DNA of 60,748 nucleotides, filler included, from Dugesia japonica (Eukaryota): NCBI GenBank assembly GCA_001938525.1. It is 6 parts of 6 records of this genome, joined end to end, with 100 filler letters (N's around TTAATTAATTAA, not from the genome) between each part and the next. Parts side by side here need not be neighbours in the genome. Positions count along the whole stretch, not along the records: positions 41,658 to 51,425 come from MQRL01568888.1; positions 51,526 to 60,748 come from MQRL01571784.1; 4 more parts are not named here. One strand, 5' to 3'. Shown piece by piece: positions 49,609 to 60,748 of this stretch (position 1 is its first letter; each line of letters starts with the position of its first letter). The notes under the pieces were generated by a model. It saw only the letters and a program-made list of their open reading frames with translations, ran no database searches and was not told where the DNA came from. The position numbers and the translations under genes were made by a program.

Positions 49609-50428
49609 ATGGAGATGGAAAAGATAATTTCTAATTATTTTACATCAAATAAAATAGAATTCAATGATTATTTAGTTGATTATGTAATCATGTTAATAAA
49701 TAATAATAAAACGAGAGAACAATTAATTGGTAGTTTGATTTTATTTCTAAATGAAACTACTGAAACATTTGTGGATTGGTTAATATTTATGATTAATAAT
49801 AAATATAATGATAAACAATCCAATGATAATTTATTGAAAGAATCAAAATCAATATCAAATCAAGATAATAAAATATTAGAATGTTATCAAAAAACTCAAA
49901 TTCAATCAAATGCTATTATCGAAAATCCTGAAATTAATGAAAACAATAAATATATTCCAAAATCTATATTGAAGAAATCTATTCTAAATCATATTAAAAT
50001 CGATAAAATAGAATCAATAGATGAATTTAAAGAAAATCTAAATTCAAATATTATTACAAGAAAAGACGAAGAGGCAAAACAAATTACATTGAAAAAAAGT
50101 ATTGAGAAGTTTGCAATAATCAAATATGAATTAAATAACAAAAAAAGAAATGTATTCGAAAGATTGGGTAATAAAAGAAATTGTGAAATATTGAGAAATA
50201 TTTCTAGAAATAAAGAAATATCAAATAGTATTTATAGAAATAATAAAGATAATTCGGAAAGTAAAAAGAAAAGTGTTTGACAGATTGGGAAATAAAAACA
50301 GAAATAATAAAGAGAAAATATTTCAAACGAAAAATAATATTTGTAATAAAAGATCAATAATTATTAGAAAACATAATGTAGAGAGAGAAATATTACTTGA
50401 CAGTAAATATAAATTAGTTTATAAATAA
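49609..50428 (+). CDS. Intronless ZC3H14/Nab2-like N-terminal PWI-domain protein, with one frameshift near 50275 and no zinc fingers
   Basis: NDYLVDYVIMLINNNKTREQLIGSLILFLNETTETFVDWL resembles ZC3H14 DEELPDYIMVMVANKKS..QM..DL.LFL...T..F..WL. Motifs NVFERLG and, after the shift, VFDRLG. Confidence 0.62.
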
Positions 50429-51425
50429 AATAAATAAATATTGATAATATTAAAATACTTATTCTTAGATTTAGTTAAATCAAAATTTATTTTACTATAT
50501 TTAAAATTGTTAATTACTGAACGCACGTACTATTATAACCATTCTTTGGTCTTTCTTTTCTTAATCGAACTGCTTTCATTAATAATTCTACGCCTTAAAA
50601 TTCTGCTTGGAATTTTGAATTATTCAAATAATTAAATAAATTACCTTGTNGTTTTTTATTATGCAAGAGATTTAATTTATTCGCGGAGATTTTAAGCTTT
50701 TAATATTTTGATTTTTCACAATTTTATTTTTGTTTCTTATATTCGATTTTGGGTTTTGACTATAACAATTAAAACATTATTTTACAGAATGTTAGATTTG
50801 TTAGATTCAAATCAGTTCAAAGATTTAAATTTTAAAAAACAATTAAATAAAATTTGTTATTTAAAAAAAATTCCTTTTTTAAAAAAATAACTATTGAAAA
50901 TTTATTTAAGGTCGATGGTCAAAGATGACATGCTTTTCAACTTTTTATAACTGTATATGAATGTGTTTTCAGGATTTTTTTGGAGGTTTGATGCAGTACA
51001 CAGTATTATTATAATTATTATAATAATTATTATTATTAAGCAGTATTATTATTGTCTAATAATACTTTTCGTAGATTTTCTGGTGACGGCAATTAATCGA
51101 TAAATTTGATTTCCATGATTTTGTAGTTGCTAATTTATATATTTAAGTGTATATTCTAAGTTATTGGTTATTTTTAATTAAATTGTTAAATTAAAATTAA
51201 ATTTTAAAAAACAATCATGAAATCTTATATTTATATTTTTATTAATATTTTTTACGATAATTATTTGATTTTGGTTTATATTGATTATTTGACGATTCCG
51301 AATCTTCCAATATTGAAATCATTCTTTTTATTATATTTTCTTTTTTATTTCTATTTTTATATTTCATTTCTCTCGATAAATATTGATTTTCATTTTCATT
51401 CGAAGTATTTGTAAGAATACATTTT

Positions 51426-51525
51426 NNNNNNNNNNNNNNNNNNNNNNNNNNNNNNNNNNNNNNNNNNNNTTAATTAATTAANNNNNNNNNNNNNNNNNNN
51501 NNNNNNNNNNNNNNNNNNNNNNNNN
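51426..51525. other. Artificial scaffold-joining spacer
   Basis: TTAATTAATTAA at 51470-51481 inside a 100-bp N block. Confidence 0.95.
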
Positions 51526-51543
51526 AAACAACCACCAAAAATA

Positions 51544-52524
51544 GTGAATTTTATGGTAATAATGAGTTTGATACAGATTGTACAAACAAATCAAATAGAG
51601 TACTTTACTCCAAAGTTATTAGACACCAAATTTGTTCGATTTTATATTCAAGGTCAGACTATATCAATACAGCACGACGGAAACAAAAATCACCTTGTAC
51701 TGATTCAGAGTATGGATAATGAATCAAATCTTAGTACTAGATTATCTGTCAATTTACCTAGAGTTGAGATAGTGAGAAATAAACATTCAATTATTAAGCT
51801 GATGATTACAGAGATAGAAGCCAACTGGACGGCTAAGGTATTAACGCAGTCTAGAGTATGCACAGTAGAAATACCAGAAACTATTACGTTTATACCAGCC
51901 TATGTCAAAGATGTCAGCAATTCAACGCATCTTATGTTAGTCGCACATGTACCAATATACGAATCGATCAGTTGTACTTTGATCAAGAATACGACTTTAC
52001 AATACAAAAACCTCACTAGAGAATCAACTTACTTACTCATTCCTTATGAGTGTGAAAACGAACTAACGATAAAATTTCAATATTACAGACAAGAAAACAA
52101 AAAGTGGATTTTACANCGTCAAGAGATACGTACTTTCAAAAAAGAAAAGCAGAATTTACACATAGCTGATTGTAATACAGAGAAACTTGGAAAAGATATT
52201 TACAAAATGAAACCCAACTTTTGGAAAGGGTTAAAGTTTAGATTAAGTAGAAATCGATTAAATAAAACCACACATAATACGAGAATGAATAAAACTAATA
52301 GTACGGCAAAAATCTCATTACGTATAAACGATATACAGAATAACACGTGTAATAGTTCGTTAACCAAAATAGGAATATTAACAATAGAACAATTTCAAGT
52401 AATACTTATGGGCCTAGTACTATTAATGACACTAGTAGCCTTTATTTCAATCTGTGCTAAAATACATTTTAAAAGGTTTCACGTATATTATAATGATCAA
52501 ATATACGAAACCACTGAGATATAA
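51544..52524 (+). CDS. Orphan type I membrane glycoprotein (copy 1, 326 aa)
   Basis: Hydrophobic N-terminus, many N-x-S/T sequons, several Cys, a C-terminal TM (VILMGLVLLMTLVAFISICA) and a short tail ending YYNDQIYETTEI. Intronless. Confidence 0.72.
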   Translation: MNFMVIMSLIQIVQTNQIEYFTPKLLDTKFVRFYIQGQTISIQHDGNKNHLVLIQSMDNESNLSTRLSVNLPRVEIVRNKHSIIKLMITEIEANWTAKVLTQSRVCTVEIPETITFIPAYVKDVSNSTHLMLVAHVPIYESISCTLIKNTTLQYKNLTRESTYLLIPYECENELTIKFQYYRQENKKWILXRQEIRTFKKEKQNLHIADCNTEKLGKDIYKMKPNFWKGLKFRLSRNRLNKTTHNTRMNKTNSTAKISLRINDIQNNTCNSSLTKIGILTIEQFQVILMGLVLLMTLVAFISICAKIHFKRFHVYYNDQIYETTEI

Positions 52525-52771
52525 AACCACATTAAAATGGCATTCGAAAAATAAGCTAGAATAGCTTGAATGCTCTAAAAATAACAAAAATAAACTCTAT
52601 CACTTATAAGGTGATAATAAAAATTGATATTTTATTTGTTTTAGAGAATGATACAAGTATTAAACTACAATTCGGCAGAAGAAGTGAAGACAAAAATCAC
52701 CCAATTCATCAAGCCCAAGTTNNNNNNNNNNNNNNNNNNNNNNNNNNNNNNNNNNNNNNNNNNNNNNNNNN

Positions 52772-53546
52772 TCAATTTACCTAGAGTTGAGATAGTGAGA
52801 AATAAACACTCAATTATCAAGCTAATGATTACAGAGATAGAAGCCAACTGGACGGCTAAGGTATTAACTCAGTCTAGAGTATGCACAGTAGAAATACCAG
52901 AAACTATTACGTTTATATCAGCCTATGTCAAAGATGTCAGCAATGCAACGCATCTTATGTTAGTCGCGCATGTATCAATGTACGAATCGATCAGCTGTAC
53001 CTTGATCAAGAATACGACTTTACAATATGAAAACCTCACTAGAGAATCAACTTACTTACTCATTCTTTATGAGTGTGAAAGCGAACTAACGATAAAGTTC
53101 CAATATTACAGACAAGAAAGCAAAAAGTGGATTTACAGCGTCAAGAGATACGTACTTTCAAAAAAGAAAAGCAGAATTTACACATAGCTGATTGTAATAC
53201 CGAGAAACTCGGACAAGATATTTACAAAAAGAAACCCAACTTTTGGAAAGGGTTAAAGCTTAGATTTAGTAGAAATCGATTAAATAAAACCACACATAAC
53301 ATGAGAATGAATAAAACTAATAGCATGGCAAAAATCTCCTTACGTATAAAGGATATACAGAATAACACGTGTAAATNNNNNNNNNNNNNNNNNNNNNNNN
53401 NNNNNNNNNNNCAATTTCAAGTAATACTTATGGGCCTAGTACTATTAATGACACTAGTAGCCTTTATTTCAATCTATGCTAAAATACATTACAAAAGGTT
53501 TCATGTATATTATAATGACCAAATATACGAAACCACTGAGATATAA
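52772..53546 (+). pseudogene. Membrane glycoprotein copy 2 (partial, frameshifted)
   Basis: Closely similar to 51749-52524. Starts at an N gap; frameshift near 53130. Confidence 0.7.
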
Positions 53547-53857
53547 AATCATTACAGGTTGCATTCGTAACATAAGCTAAAATAGCTTGAATGCCCTACA
53601 ATAGTAAATGAACTCTATCACTTATAAGGTGATAATAAAAAATTTTATATTTTATTTTTTTAAGATAATGATTCAAGTCTTGAGCTACAATTCATTAGAA
53701 GAAGTGAAAACGAAAATTACGCTATTCATTAATCCCAAATTTGTATACCAAAATTTCGCAATATTTTTCCTTAAAGACCATGAGTCCACAAAGCAAATTT
53801 CATGGCANNNNNNNNNNNNNNNNNNNNNNNNNNNNNNNNNNNNNNNNNNNNNNNNNN

Positions 53858-54543
53858 TATTAACTCAGTCTAGATTATGCACAGTAGAAATACCAGAAAC
53901 TATTAAGTTTATACCAGCATATGTCAAAGATGTCAGCAATTCAATGCATCTTATGTTAGTTGCACACGTAGCAATGTATGAATCGATCAGTTGTACCTTG
54001 ATCAAGAATACGACTTTACAATATGAAAACCTCACTAGAGAATCAACTTACTTACTCATTTCTTATGAGTGTGAAAGCAAACCAACGATAAAATTTCAAT
54101 ATTACCGACAAAAAAACAAAGAGTGGATTCTACAGCGTCAAGAGATACGCACTTTCAAAAAAGAAAAGCAGAATTTACACATAGCTGATTGTATTACAGA
54201 GAAACTCGGAAAAAATATGTACAAAATCAAACCCAACTTTTAGAAAGGGTTAAAGTTTAGATTAGGTAGAAATCGATTAAAAAAAACTACACATAACCCG
54301 GGAATGAATAAAATTAATAATATGGCAAAAATCTCATTACGTATAAATGATATACAGAACAAAACGTGCAATTGTTCGTTAACCAAAATAGGAATATTAA
54401 CAATAGAACAATTTCAAGTAATACTTATGGGCCTAGTACTATTAATGACACTAGTAGCCTTTATTTCAATCTGTGCTAAAATACATTATTAAAGGTTTCA
54501 CGTATATTATAATGACCAAATATACGAAACCACTGAGATATAA
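53858..54543 (+). pseudogene. Membrane glycoprotein copy 3 (partial, in-frame stops)
   Basis: Closely similar to 51839-52524. Starts at an N gap; stops at 54241-54243 and 54490-54492. Confidence 0.7.
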
Positions 54544-54664
54544 AATAACTACAAGTTGCATTCATAATATAAGCTAAAATAGCTTGAATATCCTATAACA
54601 GTAAAATGAACTCTATCACTTATAAGGTGATAATAAAAATTTAAATTTCATTTTCTTTTAGATA

Positions 54665-56320
54665 ATGATTCAAGTCCTGAACTGCAATTCGTCAGAAGAA
54701 GTGAAAAATAAGATCACTCAATTCATCAAACCTAAATTTGTGTATCAAAATTTTGCAATTTTCTTCCTTAAAGACCATGAGTCGACCAAGCAAATTTCGT
54801 GGCACTAAAAATCATGTAATTTGATTCCAAATGTTATCAAAGTATCGAATTCACCAGAACAAGAGCTAATAGCCGTTCTGCTAAAACCGAAAACCCAGAG
54901 CAAACTAACTGATATTCTACCCACAGATCTCAAAACGTTAAATACAGAGCGCATGAATATACATGCAGCTACCCACAATGCAATATTTCTAATTGTGGGA
55001 ACGTTGGAACCAATAGAACTCCCCTGGCAGAACTCATTAAGTATCTATAAGGGCAAAGGCCGTGAAAATAATATTCAGATTCATACAAATCAGCCAAACA
55101 CACTATTGATTTTCGAATTTTATAAGTCAGAACCTGAATTAATCCCTAACGTAAAAGCAGTTGAAAGTTGGATATACAATGATAATCAAAATGACTTAAC
55201 AGAACACAAATCATTTATCTGAAAAAGAATACCCAGAATAGAAGATGAGAGAGACAAATTATTGTTCATCGCAGCACAATATGCTACCACTAAAGGCGAG
55301 AACGAGCCAGTTGTAATATCAATATCAATAGAGAATTTCGAGGGGAGATTATTAAGTAATTCAATTATAACTCCCAGAGAATCTATTAAGCATTATCAGA
55401 CTCATTCCCACAGATTAACAGCAACAGAAATAGTTGGACGTTAAGAAGAACACTCCTGTAAATTGAAATTGCACTGACTGTTCGATGGAAAAATACTTCT
55501 CGGTTGCAATGTATTAGAAATTGTCAAAGCCTTAGGCATCACAACGCAGCGTTTATTGGGAATAAGAGATCTAGCACAAGGTAGATGTTTCGAAAGGATG
55601 GGCTTAACTAAGGGCCGGGATGCTTACCGTTTAGATTATTTAATGAAACACTTGTGCCCAGAATTTATTATCCCGAAAACCGATCTTAAGTCATAGATCG
55701 AAGTCAGAAAGATTATTGTCATATACCAAAAAGTTGATTTTAAATGGGAAGACTATATATTTCCTATACTAGAAGAAGACAGACCGCGGAGCCTAATCCC
55801 ATCGTCTCCGACAAAATTTATTGCCCAACCTCTTGGACAAAGGTTGAAGATCTCAGTACAGAAGTTCCTTCCATTTAAAAGAAAATTAGATTCAACTTCA
55901 AACAAACCCACAGAAAACAAAGAAATAAACGTAGAACCCATTGATGAATTAGGTATTCCACTAAATATCACGTTAGATGATGAGGAAATGCAGGAAGTAC
56001 CAACATATAAAGTACCATCTACAACTATGAAGGGCAAACCTATAATACAATCAAGAGACATTACAGTCATCCCTATCGGACAACACAGAGATATTGATGA
56101 TGTTGAAGCCGAAAAAGAGTCGTTTCCCAGATTCTCACATAATTGGGTCCCACTAATTACACGTTTCAACGGACAAATAATTAATTATACAACCAGAAAA
56201 CAAAAATACATAATAAATAGTGTACCCATCAAAGAAAAGTTCAAAAACCCATCCACGTTGGTAGCTAGTGTCTACCAGGATGATGTCACAGGTGAATACC
56301 ACCTTGTGAGTTATTATTAG
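54665..56320 (+). pseudogene. Long single-frame ORF (five internal stops) containing a REX4/ISG20-like DEDDh exonuclease fold
   Basis: One frame with stops at 54806, 55220, 55442, 55475 and 55694. At 55250-55755 it reads LFIAAQYA...ISIENFEGRLLSNSIITP...HYQT...FDGKILLGCNV...GIRDL...RLDYLMKHL...IYQKVDFKWED. Confidence 0.65.
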
Positions 56321-56590
56321 GCTATACTTGCCTCTGCTGAGCTGAAGTAGAATAATCCTATTCTACTTCCTATTCGAATTCCAATTCAGACTATATGAGT
56401 AGTCGTAGAGATCAAGCAGATGACTACGGGAACCAGAATCAGATCGATAGAAACTTTGACATTATATTTTTAGTTGTGATCTATCTTTCTGACTCTTGTT
56501 ACCCGTCTGTTTGCATGTGTACTTATATTTTATACTGTTTGCACATATATATATATATATATATTTTATGGAATTTTATATATTTTTTTT

Positions 56591-56626
56591 AAGTTTCGGG
56601 TCGAAACTTTATCAGGTGGGGAAGTA
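56591..56626 (+). promoter_or_regulatory. Hairpin plus polypurine tract before a putative 3' LTR starting at 56627
   Basis: AAGTTTCG-GGT-CGAAACTT hairpin, then AGGTGGGGAAGTA, then TGTGAGGG. This is the usual Gypsy internal-region/3' LTR junction layout. Confidence 0.6.
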
Positions 56627-58821
56627 TGTGAGGGTTTGTGTGAATCCTATCCCTAACATTATTTTCTTTTATGTTTTTTATAATAATATGATAACAATAA
56701 TAACCAGTTAAATAATTAATAAGAAAATATATGACAATAATAATTGAAAAATAAGAATTTTGTTAATAATAAATAATAGATAATAGGATAAAGTATAATG
56801 GCAAATAATATTATAATAATAATGAAATAAACTTTGTAAATATAAAAAGTAGATAATTAATAATAATATTAAGTATAATAATAAAAATAACAAAATAAAA
56901 ATAATAATAAATTTTTCTTAATTGGCCTTTNTTTACAGCCATTAAATTATTTTATCAGTGTGACTAATAACAGTCACATGAGAGATTGTTTTTGCAAAAT
57001 TAAGAATGTCCAAATTTAGTGATATGTGTTTATTTTAAAATCACCTAATTTGGACATATGCTATATGTTAGATACAATTATATATAATTGCAACCAGATA
57101 ATCAAATCGGCAGATAAAGCAAAACATAAATTAATTTTTGACAAAAAATTTTAGTTACGAAGAGGTAAATTTTATTTATTTAAAAATGACAAATTTTGAG
57201 TTATATTTCAAGGGTTACGAAGCTTGTAAAATATAACCCCTTGATCAACAGTATCGACTTAAGAATAAAAATCATTTGAACGACCAAAAATCAAAAGCAA
57301 ACGCAGATTGCTACAATCTGGAGGGTTTGCTTCTAACTTATTTAAATCTTCCCATTTATCCATTTTTTTGATAAAACGTTGATTAAAAAACGGTGAAGAA
57401 CAACGTCTGTTTATTTTTGGCAATTGTATCTTGTTTTACTCTTATCTTTATTGGAAAACGCTGAGTAAAACGTGTAACAATTTTTCCACATAAAATTGTC
57501 ATTTTTATAAAACGAAGTTGTGTTAAACTTTTGTGATTGAAAATAAATTATTGAGAGTTATTTTATTCGTTTTTAAGTTTTTATACTATTTTCTAATAAT
57601 AGCTAAAATCTTACAGTTCTATTTAGAACTTAACAAGCACAGATTGAAATAAAATAAAACCGTTTCCTTTCAAACTCATTTAATTTACCGCAAACGGAAA
57701 TTATCTGATTTTGGAATCAGATAAGAGCACTTATTGTGAGGAATAATAAAATCACATCTACATATTTTTTAAAAATACAAAAACAAACCGAACAAATTTT
57801 TTGAACCTCACAATAATAATAATATTAGGTTCGCTGACTACACAAAGTTAAATTTAAGTGCGTCTACAGAATAGACGTAAATAATCGATTACCCAACTTT
57901 GAAACAAATATTTATCCCCAGTAATACAAACTCGAAAATCCACAAAGTTTTATTTGAACAAAATACACCAATTATTTAAAGATAAATCTTCGACCANNNN
58001 NNNNNNNNNNNNCAAAATTACATTCGTTTATATATGCTAATCATACACACTAAACATCAAATTCATAAAGAGAAAAATCCAAAAAAATGTTTTATCAAAT
58101 TATAATCAATCCAAAGTTTTTTGCACTCATGACTCTACCAATGAAACATTGACAAATACAAAACTTCGAGATAATTCTGTATTCACAAATCTACCAATAA
58201 AAATGATTTGGCCATGCTGATCACCAATTGGCCGCACATCAACTTTCTCTAAAACGAAACAAGTAAGGGGTTCGGGATGTACTCCGTAAAATTTTAAATT
58301 GATTCTATTTTCAAATATAATTATCAGAAACCCTAATTTACTTTAATTTTAAAATTTGATAAACTTTGCTAAATGTTTAGATTATTATTTAAATGAATGA
58401 AGTTTTCATCATACTTATTGAGCTGTGGATCATTTATTGAATGGCTTCTCGCCATTTGAAATGATCTGTGCTTTTCATTTTACGGGTCTTTTTTCGTCTA
58501 TCGCTATCATTAAATAACATTATGTTTTGTCGCTTTTCAAATTCAAAAAAATATTTGGTTTTTACTAAGTTTTATAATTTACATAATCACTCGGGATAAT
58601 CAAATATTCATTCATAGATTTTACAGTTTCATAATTTATTTTCACTATATACATTAAAATACAACTTTACACTATTAAAATAATTTAACTACTAATTATT
58701 GATTTGTATTATTGAGCCTTTGTTTAGGGCCTGCCAGATTTGTAGCTATTTTAATACTTTGTTTTACAATCACCAATTATTTATTTTATTATTCATGTTT
58801 GCTGCAATAATAAAAATACAA

Positions 58822-58822
<1 letters not shown>

Positions 58823-58888
<66 letters not shown>
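58823..58888. repeat. (AAT)n microsatellite
   Basis: Pure AAT run ending at a gap. Confidence 0.95.
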
Positions 58889-59186
58889 NNNNNNNNNNNN
58901 NNNNNNNNNNNNNNNNNNNNNNNNNNNNNNNNNNNNNNNNNNNNNNNNNNNNNNNNNNNNNNNNNNNNNNNNNNNNNNNNNNNNNNNNNNNNNGCCGTCG
59001 ATCGTGCTAGTAATTGAAGTGCCAGTATGAAAGAATTTTGATTGGTCGTTACGAATACGTGAAAAATTTTTCGAATTCGAGTTGGAACAGTCGAATTTTA
59101 GCTCAGGAAGGTCGAAAATTCGAATTTTCGAAACCAATTTTTGTCGGTCAATTTTTATCATACAATTTAAATTTTGTTATTAATCG

Positions 59187-60375
59187 TCTTAGAATTGAAA
59201 GGTAAACATTTTCTATATAGGGTTTGCTATATGAATATGCTTGGTTCTCCGANNNNNNNNNNNNNNNNNNNNNNNNNNNNNNNNNNNNNNNNNNNNNNNN
59301 NCAGTCAATACTTATTGTATTGCACTGAAAATAATAGCATTCAATTCAGAATAAAATTCCAAACAAGTTTTGTATAGTGTTTGTTGTAAACATATTTTTA
59401 GTTCAAAGGTTAGAAAATTCCCAGGTTCACCGAGGATGAAAAATTATTTTTTCGAGAAATAATTATGATAAAATAACAAAATGGGTATTTTTGAACTCAG
59501 AATAAATATCTGAACGTATTTCTTATATGGTTTGCTATGTGAATATGCTTAGTTCTCCGAGAAAAGTTATGAGCGCACTGGCACTTTTGACCTTGGCCAT
59601 GAATTTCTCAACCGATACGTATCCTATAGGTGTAGAAATGATAGCATTCAATTCAAAATAGAATTCCAAACAAGTTTTGTATAGGGTTTGTTGTTAAAAT
59701 ATTTTTAGTTCAAAAGATAGAAAATTCCCGGTTACCATGACCCGCCGAGGATGAAAAATTGAACTTTAGAAATACTAATGATAATCAAATAAATTTGATA
59801 TGCATTTTCTTAGAATTGAAAGGTGAACATTTTCTATATAGGGTTTGCTTTGTGAATATGCTTGGTTCTCCGAAAAAAGTTATGAGCGCACTGGCACTTT
59901 TGACCTTGTTCTATAAATTACTCAGTCAATACTTATTGTATTGCACTGAAAATAATAGCATTAAATTCAGAATAAAATTCCAAACAAGATTTCTATAGGG
60001 TTTGTTGTAAACATATTTTTAGTTCAAAAGATAGGAAATCACCAGGTTCCATGTCTCACAGAGAACGAAAATTTATTATTTCAAGANNNNNNNNNNNNNN
60101 NNNNNNNNNNNNNNNNNNNNNNNNNNNNNNNNNNNNNNNNNNNNNNNNNNNNNNNNNNNNNNNNNNNNNNNNNNNNNNNNNNNNNNNNNNCCAAGATAAA
60201 GGTATGTCAGTACTGGCACTTTTGACTTGTTTTATATATTTCTCAACCAAAACCTATCGTATGGATATATAAATGATTGCATTCAATTCAAAATAAAATT
60301 CTGAACATATTTTATACAGGATATTTTGTAGCAATATGCTTAGTTTAAAAGATAGAAAATTGCTAGTTGCCATGA
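59187..60375. repeat. Tandem repeat, ~310-bp monomer x4, arranged as a ~620-bp dimer
   Basis: Recurring GGTTTGCT.TGTGAATATGCTT.GTTCTCCGA, CTGGCACTTTTGAC and TAGTTCAAAAGATAG. Units 1 and 3, and units 2 and 4, share diagnostic segments. Confidence 0.85.
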
Positions 60376-60748
60376 AAAACTATCAATTTTGTCGATAAAA
60401 ATTTAGAAACTTTAAGAAAAGACTTATACATTAATTTTCATTTATTTTTCAAAATAAAAATTTTTCAGAAATGTAAAAAAATTCATTGCTTATATAAAGG
60501 TGAGCTGTCAGGAAAGAATCACTAACATTTAATAATAAAAGTAATTTCAATAAATATTTTTATAGTTTTNATTTTTCAAATAAGAGAGGCATCTTTTATA
60601 GTAGAGAAAGTACAAAACTCGCAATCATATTTCTTGTATTCTTGAATTTCCTCTTGAATCTTAAATTTTATATCATTTATATATTCGGATATTTTATTTG
60701 AATTTATAAAAATTGTATCTTTCATCAAAATCGCAGCATCAATTCTTG

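Noticed and set aside
50441-51414. Short hydrophobic ORFs in AT-rich DNA (also at 45544-45756 and 56496-56893)
   Set aside because: F/I/L/Y-rich composition is expected by chance from extremely AT-rich sequence.
55753-56169. 138-aa minus-strand ORF, and similar antisense ORFs at 6245-7006, 17978-18202, 19382-19648, 33328-33537, 40184-40936 and 41853-42342
   Set aside because: They are shadows of coding or pseudogene frames on the opposite strand.
59187-60375. CRISPR-like array
   Set aside because: The monomers are about 310 bp and similar along their whole length, with no unique spacers and no cas genes; the context is eukaryotic.

Overview
Very AT-rich eukaryotic (animal-like) draft sequence. 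It is not one locus: five 100-bp spacers (44 N + TTAATTAATTAA + 44 N) join six unrelated scaffolds (about 1-14122, 14223-22939, 23040-31870, 31971-41557, 41658-51425, 51526-60748), so adjacency across spacers is meaningless. The content is mostly decayed mobile DNA: one near-complete Ty3/Gypsy LTR element inside an (AAT)n tract, several further Gypsy relics, a Helitron helicase fragment, and scattered Polinton/Maverick-type parts (adenain-like protease, two pPolB pieces, integrase C-terminus, minor capsid N-terminus, recurring AGTAGGTAGATAGT termini). Host-like genes are two exons of a TTC25/ODAD4 TPR gene and an intronless ZC3H14/Nab2-like PWI ORF. The most unusual item is a decayed minus-strand polyprotein (about 20829-17880) in which a chuvirus/herpes-gB-like class III fusion glycoprotein runs in frame through its membrane anchor into a retropepsin (DTGA) protease, placing env upstream of and fused to PR. 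The second is the apparent 3' accessory region of a large LTR element, with an orphan type I membrane glycoprotein and a catalytically altered REX4/ISG20-like exonuclease. All family assignments come from manual translation and motif recognition; no database searches were run.
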